Shown here: positions 20,101 through 29,326 of the stretch, in pieces
Numbering within the stretch: the stretch's first letter is position 1
Layout of the letters: every line of letters begins with the position of its first letter
Position numbers and translations under genes: made by a program
The notes under the pieces: model-generated
What the model saw: the letters and a program-made list of their open reading frames with translations, nothing else
What the model was told of the DNA's origin: nothing
Databases searched by the model: none
IMG/VR virus record: IMGVR_UViG_3300033153_006092
Span: 1-50,021 of that record
Reading direction: 5' to 3' (one strand)
DNA length: 50,021 nucleotides
Source: a virus
Taxonomy: Duplodnaviria > Caudoviricetes

Positions 20101-20915
20101 GGGGTACTGCTGGCTTTAGACTTGCAGATAGGTGGAATGTAACAGTTGGCTTTAATGGAGCCGCCTATCATTTTGTTAAACGTGGCGGTGATACTAACCT
20201 TAAAATACTACGCCGTTTCGCAGACATAAGTAGTTGGCGTGATACTGATAATGTAATGAAGGCTATTTCTGATGCGATGAGTGCCGGATTATTTAAGGCT
20301 GAAAAACAGTGGGCTAATGATTTAATTAGAACTACACAGTATATATATAAACCATTTGGATTACCGCCATATATGTTTGGACAAATAGGCAGGTCTATGG
20401 GTCAATTTACCACATGGCCATCAAATTATTTTTATTCTTATTTACCACAAATGGTTGAAATGACCGTGACTGGAAAAGCGCCATGGGGTACACTTACTGG
20501 AATGGAGAGACATGCCTTGTTAAGACATTTCTTATGGGCAGAAACTATTGTTACAGCCGGTGGTATAATGGGCTTTGATATGAAGAAACAAAAGACACCG
20601 GGGCCACATCTATTTGGAGATAAATTTACTTTAGTCTCTGGTGCAATGCCGATGGGGGCACCACCACTTCCTACATTTCTTGAAGGATTAACCAGAGGAA
20701 TTTTGTTTGGCATATTAGGTGGTAGTGATAGAGAAAAACAAATAGGATGGTCAAAAATCAAGTCAGGAACAACTTTTGCACCACCAATACTGGCTGGAAA
20801 ATTATGGAAAGTAGGAACAGGAGAGAAACCAGCTAGAACCATTCTGCTGCCTGTATTAGAAGAAGATTCTAGCTGGGATTATAAACCTAGGCGTCCTTCA
20901 CGACCGAGGCGTTAA
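17160..20915 (+). CDS. Large internal virion/ejection protein
   Basis: ~1250 aa helical protein, last gene of the structural arm; QFTTWP motif region typical of such proteins. Confidence 0.55.
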   Translation: MGKPSIDELLSEKPSVDELLSKPSVDELLSGTAAETLPAPPDLKQTQPPYTGIGETSRISPATTAKGVSPAASPELFYNKEELDKFVKQYGLTQKQGLPWWDKLGFFARVGKQAKINAYSQTLLGEASAKIAGKVATEVARPYNVLWQSLQDAAALARIGTQYAFLRPHPGTPIQKRLLGEAITTVKKYPDRVVDAWNLDPITSPLDTVMTGAMSQDDLEIFKANLSEKRIIGKVYTGVDLASMLAGDVFIDYLLFGVGGRAATRALSLRSARFARAAQALAPTKYAKAWKGHPMIGKMVLGKESWAKQFSRTSDYLVRQGYDSVIYDTIKRSVTPNIDEFIAQSLLKPKAGFQAGPRYIAGGKAYLDVAGNVVSRELPISKFYMNLLDQIDDAAKNVDNLTKNLDDITKEKARLSTLADDMGFNKQKTVEDIYDQFGHPIVEQAVDIPTRTNIEYSLLDELDTLSRAEEMITEALPRAQIWKQMVDSKRVSMLNGSFIDYETITRSAREAYIDRLVNLPKSAGVIAKKKGISLSKTIRTYKKTGITKTYLHGTKELRTAIKADIIKAIEAVSDGRVVNYSLEKLTDDEFLALFDYINVYTSAPESFHKWAGFLTKEWYKHPNPPLPQIFAPFRYWMHRKGLRQIPDVVEHADMMQTREALRFKDEWDEVIDGWKKVFKRKPEEKDFKRLFDLAENQQAAYDDVVKSFTPSQLTADRVVADQWISLRDYYGSKFKAQGKFSDAIPEIEDYVTWFTKKVEDIPISEEFRLNRFVETLNRRRPKAMDKITVPILKKRVRHIAPELKNLESAYVDYLNYAAWNSNMEPALRKAKTLASLTGDKIVIDKTTNWINYAIRGLPTKYETWTDYHISNRLMDAVETGTKWLPERMRIKAQVRSTKQLLTAWRRATYSGAMINPTPMANNILQNIMNIAPTNVNSWGHGVKSMFTEGGQELAEKHNTLLLQRMPLEGFTVTDLTKVEKWGTAGFRLADRWNVTVGFNGAAYHFVKRGGDTNLKILRRFADISSWRDTDNVMKAISDAMSAGLFKAEKQWANDLIRTTQYIYKPFGLPPYMFGQIGRSMGQFTTWPSNYFYSYLPQMVEMTVTGKAPWGTLTGMERHALLRHFLWAETIVTAGGIMGFDMKKQKTPGPHLFGDKFTLVSGAMPMGAPPLPTFLEGLTRGILFGILGGSDREKQIGWSKIKSGTTFAPPILAGKLWKVGTGEKPARTILLPVLEEDSSWDYKPRRPSRPRR
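17166..17249 (+). repeat. Three tandem copies encoding KPS(I/V)DELLS
   Basis: Directly visible in DNA and protein. Confidence 0.85.
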
Positions 20916-21049
20916 TATAATTCCCGAATTCAAGCACTCGACACAACCAACGCCTTTACACTTTGGGCACTCTATTATTACCATATTAGATGATTCCCTA
21001 AGTTGTTTAACCCATTGTTTTGTCCGTTTAATAAGTTGTTCTTTGCTAT

Positions 21050-21535
21050 TCAATTTATTTTCCACCATTTTTTGTTAATAGCTGGCCAATATCTAATATC
21101 TTTCAATGGCCTAAAATTAGGGTCTCGTTTTGCTAAATCTTTTGGATAATGTTTAACTAGAATATCCCTGGCTCTTGCATCTGTATAACCTAGTGCCCTT
21201 AATAACTTGTAAGCCACACTGACAGACCTATTTCTACCAGCCGCACAATGAATAAGTAAATGATTTTTACCATCATTCATTGGATGTAGAACCCAACAAC
21301 CAAACGTAGTACAGGTATCCCAAAATTCTGAACCTTTTGGTTGTCCATCGTCTGGTGTATAAAAATGCAAAACTATTATCTCATTGTTAGGTATAAACCT
21401 TATATCACAATCTCTAGTCAAACTAATGATATGAGTTATACCCATATTTAGAACATCGTTCATTGTAGGTTGCTCGTTAATAGCACCACCAACATATATA
21501 TTTTCTTCTGTTCTTAACCTTTGTATTCTTGGCAT
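21050..21535 (-). CDS. Dual-specificity/tyrosine phosphatase
   Basis: LLIHCAAGRNRS (CX5R) and upstream PDD acid loop. Confidence 0.9.
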   Translation of the reverse strand: MPRIQRLRTEENIYVGGAINEQPTMNDVLNMGITHIISLTRDCDIRFIPNNEIIVLHFYTPDDGQPKGSEFWDTCTTFGCWVLHPMNDGKNHLLIHCAAGRNRSVSVAYKLLRALGYTDARARDILVKHYPKDLAKRDPNFRPLKDIRYWPAINKKWWKIN

Positions 21536-21819
21536 TAGCTTACTCCTATTAACTTAAATCTAGCAACATTTAACCCTTCGATATATAAATACCCATTCAT
21601 ACTAGGATATATATCATCCCAGAAATGCTTGTATTTGAATGTATAATTACCGGGGTCGTTTTCTATCACCTCAAATTTCCCCCAAACAAAACGACCCCAC
21701 AGCACATTAAAGCCGTATGTCTTGTCATCCACCCCTTTGTATATCACTTTATAATTTACAAACCAGAACCACCACCAGCCACGCATCTTAACTTTCCATT
21801 TACCTAGAATTTTCTCCAT
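21535..21819 (-). CDS. Hypothetical aromatic-rich protein
   Basis: Coupled ORF in the operon. Confidence 0.55.
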   Translation of the reverse strand: MEKILGKWKVKMRGWWWFWFVNYKVIYKGVDDKTYGFNVLWGRFVWGKFEVIENDPGNYTFKYKHFWDDIYPSMNGYLYIEGLNVARFKLIGVS

Positions 21820-22045
21820 CTAACTCACCTTTCATTTCATTATATGCTCGCATCTTCTCGGTGCAATTATCTATTGCAATCTTTAACTTATCTATTTCTG
21901 CCAAGTAAGATTTTACCTCGGTCTCTTTAACTTTGACAACCAAATGCAAAATTAAATTTTCTTTTGCTATACCCCTGGTTATTAAACACATAACTATTAT
22001 AAACAGTATTATAAACCCTACCATAATGTATACAGTTAACGCCAT
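21800..22045 (-). CDS. Membrane-anchored coiled-coil protein
   Basis: N-terminal TM helix then heptads; GAGGT RBS. Confidence 0.55.
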   Translation of the reverse strand: MALTVYIMVGFIILFIIVMCLITRGIAKENLILHLVVKVKETEVKSYLAEIDKLKIAIDNCTEKMRAYNEMKGELDGENSR

Positions 22046-22055
22046 TTTACTTACC

Positions 22056-22541
22056 TCACTTTCTTAATTGTTTTGTAAAAGTTTCTAACGAATAAAAATA
22101 TACTTCACCAAATTTAGAATCAATCGCATACACTCCTTTTTGTAAACACAATTCTAATTCTTTTACCCATAATTCGTTTGTGATATTTGGCCACCAATCG
22201 TATGTATCTGGTGGTTCATTTAACATTACATACAGCGGTGTTCCAACGTAGATAGTACGGCAATCAAGATAACTTACAGAAATTGCCGGGTGTGAAAAAC
22301 CATCTTCATAAAAACTATTATCACAGTGTATGTCAAGACTAGTTAACCATTCTAAATTAAAACCAATCTTTGTTCTACTGCGAGTAGATTTGTGGTCAAA
22401 CCTAATCAAAATATCACCAACACTGGCTAACACATCCCCTTTGTTCTTTCTTCTTGAACCATAATATTCTATAATAGTCCAGCCATATTTTTTTAGGTGC
22501 CTAATTAATCTATACTCTTGTGCCTGTGAATATCTACTCAT
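22056..22541 (-). CDS. Holliday junction resolvase-like PD-(D/E)xK nuclease (Hjc-type)
   Basis: E-x7-KKYGW...GDVLA...RFDHKST. Confidence 0.6.
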   Translation of the reverse strand: MSRYSQAQEYRLIRHLKKYGWTIIEYYGSRRKNKGDVLASVGDILIRFDHKSTRSRTKIGFNLEWLTSLDIHCDNSFYEDGFSHPAISVSYLDCRTIYVGTPLYVMLNEPPDTYDWWPNITNELWVKELELCLQKGVYAIDSKFGEVYFYSLETFTKQLRK

Positions 22542-22975
22542 TACAATACCCCCTTTGGTATTATCATATCGCCTACCAGCATAATTTTGCTGGCCAATAC
22601 TGTGCCCTTTGGTAAGTTAGCCAGATACGTATATTTAAAACTCCATTCCCTCTTTATAGTTTCACATATACTTAATACATATACACACGGTATTATATAG
22701 TGGCTTGAAGAACAACTACATCCAAAATCATTATAATAGTAAAATTCTTTAGCCGACAAATATGAGTCAAAGCAAAACAACGGGTAGTTTACAGATGGAG
22801 CCTCAGTCCATTTATAATGATAATATTTTTGGTCAAAGATATATTCACCTGTTCGTGTGATTATATCCTTTACGACACAACTATAGTGTTGAAAGTTTTT
22901 ATACTTTGTTACCTTATAACCAAGTTTATAATTTTCCGGCAAATTTATATTTGAATATAGCTGGTGATGTAACAT
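22541..22975 (-). CDS. Hypothetical protein
   Basis: GGAGGT RBS, coupled ORF. Confidence 0.55.
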   Translation of the reverse strand: MLHHQLYSNINLPENYKLGYKVTKYKNFQHYSCVVKDIITRTGEYIFDQKYYHYKWTEAPSVNYPLFCFDSYLSAKEFYYYNDFGCSCSSSHYIIPCVYVLSICETIKREWSFKYTYLANLPKGTVLASKIMLVGDMIIPKGVL

Positions 22976-22987
22976 TATTCATACCTC

Positions 22988-23320
22988 CTAAAATGGTACC
23001 GCATCAGGATTGTCCTTATTATATTGCCTTCTGTATGCTATCTGCCTATCATATTCAATCACCCCCATAGATAGTTGTTCTGTTAATTGGTCTACTTTCT
23101 TAAAGGAAGTTCTAAAATTCCTAAATTTTGTATCTTTTCTAGCCTTAACAAATTCTCCTTCTTTTGGCCAATCAGATTCACCAAATGTAACGCTTAGCCA
23201 TACCAAATATTCTACATCAGTATACTTATCCTTAATTGTATTATACCGGTTAATATATTTTCTCAGTTCATCAGCTAGTTGTAAAGCGACTAGGTTCATT
23301 TGGCCATTATTTCCATCCAT
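22988..23320 (-). CDS. Hypothetical protein
   Basis: GGAGGT RBS; ends DAVPF. Confidence 0.55.
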   Translation of the reverse strand: MDGNNGQMNLVALQLADELRKYINRYNTIKDKYTDVEYLVWLSVTFGESDWPKEGEFVKARKDTKFRNFRTSFKKVDQLTEQLSMGVIEYDRQIAYRRQYNKDNPDAVPF

Positions 23321-23685
23321 TTCAGAACCTCCATAAATAAATCAACCCCATCCAATGGTTTTATACCGGTTTTTCCTGCTATCATTTCAGCATGTTTATG
23401 ACAATCTTTGTCTAACATCCGATAAATGATACATAATTCACATATATCGCTGTTATAACCATGTTTTTGTTTCATATACGACGCATTATTGCACAATGGA
23501 AAAAGCATACTTTTCTTTAACATCATCTCACCAAATTTTATACTTTGTTCATCGGTCTTAATTAACTTAAATATTTCCATAGTATACAATAATGCTTGAT
23601 ATGGATCGGTTATATACTTAAGTGGTTGTTTTAGCTTAGACGCACGGCCAAAATGTCGTGTCGTAAAGAACTTTCTAAAATTCAT
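23296..23685 (-). CDS. Hypothetical Cys-containing protein
   Basis: C...CELC...C cluster. Confidence 0.5.
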   Translation of the reverse strand: MNFRKFFTTRHFGRASKLKQPLKYITDPYQALLYTMEIFKLIKTDEQSIKFGEMMLKKSMLFPLCNNASYMKQKHGYNSDICELCIIYRMLDKDCHKHAEMIAGKTGIKPLDGVDLFMEVLKWMEIMAK

Positions 23686-23711
23686 TTTTTTTTATTCCTA
23701 AATTTAAAGGA

Positions 23712-23924
23712 CTACCCAACCAAAAGTTCTGGGATCGTTTCTGCCTTCAATTCATCATAATTGCATTTGATGCCTGAAATCTTGGCGTCGTTAGTGCCGT
23801 CATCATACCAGTCAACGCCTTTGTAATATTTACATCTGTTACCTGACTCAATGCAATCACATATATCCTGTATACATTTGTTTTTAGGACACTCGATGGC
23901 TATAATAGCATCCAAAATCTTCAT
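23712..23924 (-). CDS. Small Cys-rich hypothetical protein
   Basis: AAGGAG RBS; six Cys residues. Confidence 0.5.
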   Translation of the reverse strand: MKILDAIIAIECPKNKCIQDICDCIESGNRCKYYKGVDWYDDGTNDAKISGIKCNYDELKAETIPELLVG

Positions 23925-23930
23925 CTTCGT

Positions 23931-24047
23931 TCACGCTCCTTTCTTTTCAATCTTTTTTCGCTTATGTCGCATTTTAGATATAATCCCCCATGCCGTCGCA
24001 ATGCCGAAAAACCCCGCAATAGCAGCCGACAGAATTCTCAATATCAT
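23931..24047 (-). CDS. Small single-TM protein
   Basis: MILRILSAAIAGFFGIATAWG followed by a basic tail; start re-estimated. Confidence 0.45.
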   Translation of the reverse strand: MILRILSAAIAGFFGIATAWGIISKMRHKRKKIEKKGA

Positions 24048-24292
24048 TATAACCACCCCATCAATATAAAAAATAGCCCGGTAACACCTATACCAAATAA
24101 ATACCCTTGTATATCTTTCCAAGCCATATCATGGATATGCAAGTGTTCACGAACCTCATAAAAAACAAAACCTACAGCAAACATGATACTCAATGACGCA
24201 GACCGGGAATGGATTATTACATTGACAATCCCAACCGGGAAATGTAATAAAAACCTTGGCCAATCATGTATGAACCACAATTTCCTTCTCAT
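24047..24292 (-). CDS. Membrane protein downstream of the endolysin (possible holin)
   Basis: Two to three hydrophobic segments. Confidence 0.45.
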   Translation of the reverse strand: MRRKLWFIHDWPRFLLHFPVGIVNVIIHSRSASLSIMFAVGFVFYEVREHLHIHDMAWKDIQGYLFGIGVTGLFFILMGWL

Positions 24293-24321
24293 TTTTACTC
24301 ATTCTCCCCCTTTCCAAATAT

Positions 24322-24353
24322 CTTTCGCAATGGCAAGACTCCCACTGCGAAAG
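24322..24353 (-). terminator. Hairpin downstream of the endolysin
   Basis: CTTTCGCAATGG...CCACTGCGAAAG inverted repeat. Confidence 0.45.
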
Positions 24354-24408
24354 GTAGTGTTCTTCACTCGGTTTGTAAATAAGAAATCCGGTTCACCTAA
24401 TTCTCCTT

Positions 24409-24762
24409 TCAATATATCCATATAACCCGTCCGATCTTGTGGCCGTCCCCCGCATGAATAAAATTTTCCCCTATCCCGATACGAATAAAACCTGCCTTAA
24501 GTAATGCAGTAATAATTTTATACCGAGAACGAGAATCTGTGCAGGCAATATCAGCCGCCAAACCGAATAAATGTTCACTATTCTCTGAACCACTGACTTC
24601 TTTGTTATGTTCGACACAACGATAACCAGATGTAATTACGAAAGGTATGTCTGCAATATCTCTGGCTTTTTGTAATTTACCAACAAAAACTCTTTGCATC
24701 TTTACTTTACCACAACAAGGGCACTTGAATTCTTCTTCGTTAAAGTTTACAGATAACCTCAT
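24409..24762 (-). CDS. Peptidase M15 (M15_3) endolysin
   Basis: NF...EFKCPCCG, ITSGYRC..HN..VSG...SEHLFGLAADI, FIH. Confidence 0.9.
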   Translation of the reverse strand: MRLSVNFNEEEFKCPCCGKVKMQRVFVGKLQKARDIADIPFVITSGYRCVEHNKEVSGSENSEHLFGLAADIACTDSRSRYKIITALLKAGFIRIGIGENFIHAGDGHKIGRVIWIY

Positions 24763-24780
24763 CTTTGATTATTCTCCTTT

Positions 24781-27759
24781 CTAAAATTCATCTTTTTCAT
24801 CACCTAAAACTTCTGTGGCAGTTTTCAATGACGGCAGATTATCTGCCGGTAACAATGTTTCAATAAAACTTACACCAATAGGTGTTTTTCTATAAGCCGA
24901 TGTAGCTGTAGACTCCAATAATTTCTTACCAGCTAACCAACTTAAACTTTCACGAACATCTTTATCATCCATAGTATTCAATGTCGCTGATATTTCTTTT
25001 GCCTTTATATAAACAGACAACATCAATGCGCTACCTATACGTTCCCAATCATACGGGTATCTATTCTTAAACTGTGTTACTATTTCAGCCATTTGTTCTG
25101 GTGTATAAGCATATTTGGCATAAGCAACAGAATAACCAAAATAATTCATAGCTTCATCACTATATACCTCATTCAAGAAATCATAAGTATATTTAACAGC
25201 TTCATCGGTAACAATAAGTTTATCACCATCTCTGCTATCCATACGAGCCGCCGCCGCTATACTAAATTTTGCTAACTTGAAACGAAAATCACCTGGCTCA
25301 ATTAGTGGTACAGCAGGTATATATTCTTGGCACATACTATTGGATAAAGCTAGTATGGTTTGCTCAACAGATTTTTCAATAATAATATCATCCGGTTTCA
25401 AATTCCATACCCATAGCAAATGATTATGGCATACTTCACCAGAGTATATATCATTATAGACTTTTAGTTCATCTATATCGGCATTTATTATACTATCATC
25501 TACCTGTCCGCTGGCTACTCCAACAGCGGCAGTGAACCGCCTAACGTCCTGTCTTTGTCTTATCAAATCATTAATCGCCATAACAGGAAAACCATAACTT
25601 TTCATAGTTTTACGACCAACTGCATTAGTTATCCATATCATTCTGGTTTGGGCATTAGCTTGACCAAATACCGTTTGTGTTACTACAACTTTACCACTTG
25701 AACGTACATCGGTCAACTCACTAAAATTACCTGATTTAATTAAAGAGTCTAATTCATCAACGGCTACTAACCTTCCATTATATCTAGGAATAACACCCCA
25801 TACTATATAAGGTTGTTCTTTCCCTGTCATTGGTATAGTGTATGTTAATCCAGTTCTCTTGGCTGATTCACCAGACACCTTTATCCCTAAATTATACAAC
25901 TCCATTAAAGATTCTACAATTTTGCTTTTGCCCTGACCAGTGTCACCTATTATTAATAAATCTATCCATCCGTTAACAAGTTCCCTTTGAAACCAAAACT
26001 TGTTGACAGAATGAAATGCAAGATCAACCATTTTAATTAGTAATGACCTACCCCATACTCTAATATGATTATAGGCAAATGTGTCAACAATATGGTTATG
26101 CTTTATAGCATAAGTTTGACCATCCACTGGTCTAAATATTTTCGATTGTTCTTTCATCTCGTCGGTAAAAACAAAGCTGGATAGAGTATCTTTAAGTGGC
26201 TCTGCTTTATCTAATACTAACCGTTTTTTCATTGTCTTATCATTGATATGCAAATAGCCACTAAATGTATAGCTTGTATTAGGTAGTAATCCAAACCCTA
26301 AATAATATGCTTGTTGCCTTATATATCTATCTTCCCTCTCAAAACTATTTGTTACTAATGGCGCTAACATTATAGTCTCACAATTCTTTTGTGTAATCTT
26401 ATATCGCCATGATGTACAAGACCTTTGACCTGGCAAATGTAACATAGATATAATTCTATTCTTGGTAGAAGCAACCGAAGGCTCAAGCCATGTTAATATA
26501 TTCTTAGTCTTGGCTGTTAACTTTACAGTTATACCATCTTTACATTCATTCAATGGACACCCTTCGCATCTATTTATACCTGACTGATCACACCAAACTT
26601 CTATTTCATCCGGTACAGCTATAGTATCATCATTTCTGCCAATAGCCTCGGCATTTATGTATAACCTTTTACCTTGATTTTCTATGTCGAAGGCATTGAA
26701 TAATGTTACTTCAACTTTTTGCTCTAATTTCTCTTGGCACTCTGGTGTACAAATATTTTCCAAACCAGGTATCTGTAGCATACCTCCACAACTAAAGCCG
26801 TACTGTTTACCAGAAAAAACTGTACCTGTTACATATCTAACTTGCTTTCTTAAACTACCTATATCAACTAAACCATCCCTTGTTAAAGTATGCGTGACCT
26901 CTGGTTTAATATTTTCAATCCAGCTATACAACAATGGTCGAGTTTCTTCTATAGAAAGGTTTTGTGATTTGAAATAGGCGGCTAATCTATACATAACCAT
27001 ATTAACTGTACCTAATTCAAACACACCGGCTTCTAATAAAGCCTTGACACACTCTGGCGGCTCGTCAAAATTTACTTCAACGGCTTCCCATGTTTCTGAT
27101 ATATTATATCTTTCTAATTGTTTTTCGGCAACATGGTATATATTAGATAAGTTCTCTAAAGACCTGTCTGGTAATACATAAGACGGTTCCTGCTCTACCT
27201 TAGCCGCCTCCTTTATCTGCTCTAATGTCAGGTTAAATAACTCCTCTGGCAGTAAAGGGGTTTTATATAAACCTGTATCACCATGTATAGTACCGGGAAC
27301 ACGCCACATTCTACGGTGGCTATATACAGTCTCATCTAGGGTATTAAGGTTTAATTCCTTTTTAATCTTACGGGCAACCTGTCTCCATACTTGTGAGACA
27401 TTAACAGCAGGTTTTATTCCAAACATCTTTTCTGGTATAACTATATGGAAACCTTTTTTACCTGAAAAATGTATCTGTATAAATTTGCCAGCTACACCCT
27501 GATTTATCCACCATTCTACCATCTTTCTGGCGTCATTTAATGCACCTTCGCCATCAAAATCAGCATAGAATGGCGCAATAACTGGTTCATCATCGGCTTC
27601 TTCGGCTGATGAAAAGGTCTGGATTGTAGTAAAAATGTGTCTCGACTTGGCTTCCTTTGCCTTCTCTATCCAGACCTCTACCTGTGGCAATGTCATTCTG
27701 TCCCAGTGCTTTCTTCTTTTGCCCTCTTGAGTAACCCTTTGCACATCTTTGTAAAGCAT
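24781..27759 (-). CDS. AEP primase-polymerase / MCM-like helicase fusion
   Basis: AEP motifs YADFD, FSGKKGFH, DETVY...RMWRVPG; PPEC...FSC...C...C module; Zn finger; Walker A IGDTGQGKS, Walker B VAVDELD, DVRRF. Confidence 0.85.
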   Translation of the reverse strand: MLYKDVQRVTQEGKRRKHWDRMTLPQVEVWIEKAKEAKSRHIFTTIQTFSSAEEADDEPVIAPFYADFDGEGALNDARKMVEWWINQGVAGKFIQIHFSGKKGFHIVIPEKMFGIKPAVNVSQVWRQVARKIKKELNLNTLDETVYSHRRMWRVPGTIHGDTGLYKTPLLPEELFNLTLEQIKEAAKVEQEPSYVLPDRSLENLSNIYHVAEKQLERYNISETWEAVEVNFDEPPECVKALLEAGVFELGTVNMVMYRLAAYFKSQNLSIEETRPLLYSWIENIKPEVTHTLTRDGLVDIGSLRKQVRYVTGTVFSGKQYGFSCGGMLQIPGLENICTPECQEKLEQKVEVTLFNAFDIENQGKRLYINAEAIGRNDDTIAVPDEIEVWCDQSGINRCEGCPLNECKDGITVKLTAKTKNILTWLEPSVASTKNRIISMLHLPGQRSCTSWRYKITQKNCETIMLAPLVTNSFEREDRYIRQQAYYLGFGLLPNTSYTFSGYLHINDKTMKKRLVLDKAEPLKDTLSSFVFTDEMKEQSKIFRPVDGQTYAIKHNHIVDTFAYNHIRVWGRSLLIKMVDLAFHSVNKFWFQRELVNGWIDLLIIGDTGQGKSKIVESLMELYNLGIKVSGESAKRTGLTYTIPMTGKEQPYIVWGVIPRYNGRLVAVDELDSLIKSGNFSELTDVRSSGKVVVTQTVFGQANAQTRMIWITNAVGRKTMKSYGFPVMAINDLIRQRQDVRRFTAAVGVASGQVDDSIINADIDELKVYNDIYSGEVCHNHLLWVWNLKPDDIIIEKSVEQTILALSNSMCQEYIPAVPLIEPGDFRFKLAKFSIAAAARMDSRDGDKLIVTDEAVKYTYDFLNEVYSDEAMNYFGYSVAYAKYAYTPEQMAEIVTQFKNRYPYDWERIGSALMLSVYIKAKEISATLNTMDDKDVRESLSWLAGKKLLESTATSAYRKTPIGVSFIETLLPADNLPSLKTATEVLGDEKDEF

Positions 27760-27982
27760 AGACTTTACCCCTTCTTATAGCACTAAGGGAGCAGATAAAA
27801 TCCCGGCGACAACTTTCTCGGCAGGTATGGTATTCATGAATTTCATTATACATATCGCCGTATTCGTTATCCCAGCATTTTCCGCACTCTCCATCTGTTA
27901 CATAATCTAACAACCTGAGACAAAATTTAGGCGTTCGACTTTGCTTCGGTAACAAGAGGGTCGTTTTCTTCATCTTCTTCAA
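27590..27982 (-). CDS. Possible Cys-rich small protein; extent uncertain
   Basis: Fills the 27760-27926 gap but overlaps both neighbours. Confidence 0.3.
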   Translation of the reverse strand: MKKMKKTTLLLPKQSRTPKFCLRLLDYVTDGECGKCWDNEYGDMYNEIHEYHTCRESCRRDFICSLSAIRRGKVYALQRCAKGYSRGQKKKALGQNDIATGRGLDREGKGSQVETHFYYNPDLFISRRSR

Positions 27983-28262
27983 CCTCCACTTCTTTTACTA
28001 TAGAAACAGCACTATTTGTGAAGAGGTCATCATAATATTTCGTATGGTGCAATTCTTCAAACCGTGCTTTGAGCATATTCAAATTTCCTATAGTCTTAAA
28101 TTCTTTCACCAAAAAATCTGATAGAATTTGGTTTAAGGCTTCTCTCTCTGACATGCCTACTAATGGTGCATAGTTTTTCAATAAGTATCTAACCTGTTTA
28201 GGAATTGCGTGACTCATATTTTCAATTACAACATCTTTTCTCATTCTTGAATTTTTAGCCAA
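27927..28262 (-). CDS. Hypothetical protein with acidic tail
   Basis: AAGGAG RBS. Confidence 0.55.
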   Translation of the reverse strand: MAKNSRMRKDVVIENMSHAIPKQVRYLLKNYAPLVGMSEREALNQILSDFLVKEFKTIGNLNMLKARFEELHHTKYYDDLFTNSAVSIVKEVEVEEDEENDPLVTEAKSNA

Positions 28263-28286
28263 TTTTATTTTCTCCTTTTACCTCTA

Positions 28287-29174
28287 CTAAAATATTGTCA
28301 ACTGATGACCAACATTAACTAACATTTTATTCTTCCATAACACTTCGGTTCGTTTATAATCTTTCTTCAATGCACCTGCACCATGGACTACAGATGCTTG
28401 ACATACGGTATCTATTTCAGTAACTTCCCAACCTTCATGCTCTTCAAAAAAGTTATCGTATGTAGCATTATGGTAACCACTCAACAGCACATACCCTTTA
28501 AGATTATGTAATACTTCTAGTAATTCTTTATGTTCACCCCGTGACATTTCTATTCTATAACCAGACTTCACTTCTTTGCCACGCTTAGTATTAGTTCTTT
28601 CTCTACTTTCATGTATATAAGGCGGGTCTGCATATATAAAAGTGTACGGTGTATCATACTTCTGTAAACATTTAACGGCGGGACTATGCTCTATTTGTAT
28701 ACTTCTTAGCCGTTCTACACATTGTGGCAATCTGGCAACAGCAGACAGCCAATTTCTAACAGCATCAGTTGTTCTACCGTGACTCCAACCACCTTTCAAA
28801 TCTCCAGACATAGATTGCCTAGAACGTATAAAAAATTCTACCGCCCATCGCATTTTCTTATCTATTATCTCATGAGTAGGCCATAATTTTAATATCTCTT
28901 TAGCATCCATATATTCTTCTCTGCTATATGGTAGCAGATTAACCAGTTTAATAAATTTATCACCATCATCTCGAAGTACTCTATAAAAGTTTACGATTAA
29001 ACTATCCCAATCATTTAGAATTTCTAACTTGGTAGGTGGCAACGCAAAGAACATTGATGCACCGCCAGCAAATGGCTCTAAATATATATCATACAATTCC
29101 TTCGGCGGAATATGCTCTAACAATTTGCCGGTTAAATGACCTTTCCCACCAAACCACCTCAACGGGCTATTCAT
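28287..29174 (-). CDS. dam: DNA adenine methyltransferase (Dam/D12 class)
   Basis: LRWFGGK, YLEPFAGGAS, ILND, YADPPY, EVLW. Confidence 0.9.
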   Translation of the reverse strand: MNSPLRWFGGKGHLTGKLLEHIPPKELYDIYLEPFAGGASMFFALPPTKLEILNDWDSLIVNFYRVLRDDGDKFIKLVNLLPYSREEYMDAKEILKLWPTHEIIDKKMRWAVEFFIRSRQSMSGDLKGGWSHGRTTDAVRNWLSAVARLPQCVERLRSIQIEHSPAVKCLQKYDTPYTFIYADPPYIHESRERTNTKRGKEVKSGYRIEMSRGEHKELLEVLHNLKGYVLLSGYHNATYDNFFEEHEGWEVTEIDTVCQASVVHGAGALKKDYKRTEVLWKNKMLVNVGHQLTIF

Positions 29175-29252
29175 TGGATTACCCCTAGTTTAATTTGTTT
29201 TTTTTCTCTTGATATTATAATCTTCATATCAAATCCTATGTGTCTAGAATAG

Positions 29253-29317
29253 CTGTGGGACGTAAAAAATGTAGAATATGACTACTTCTATACACTCAAA
29301 TTTTCAACGTCCCACAG
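29253..29317. other. Long intergenic stem-loop
   Basis: CTGTGGGACGT...ACGTCCCACAG perfect 11-bp arms with an inner TAGAA/TTCTA stem. Confidence 0.6.
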
Positions 29318-29326
29318 ACGCTCTTG

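Noticed and set aside
22056-27759. Archaeal host suggested by MCM, AEP and Hjc-like genes
   Set aside because: The peptidoglycan M15 endolysin and perfect sigma70 promoters point to a bacterium.
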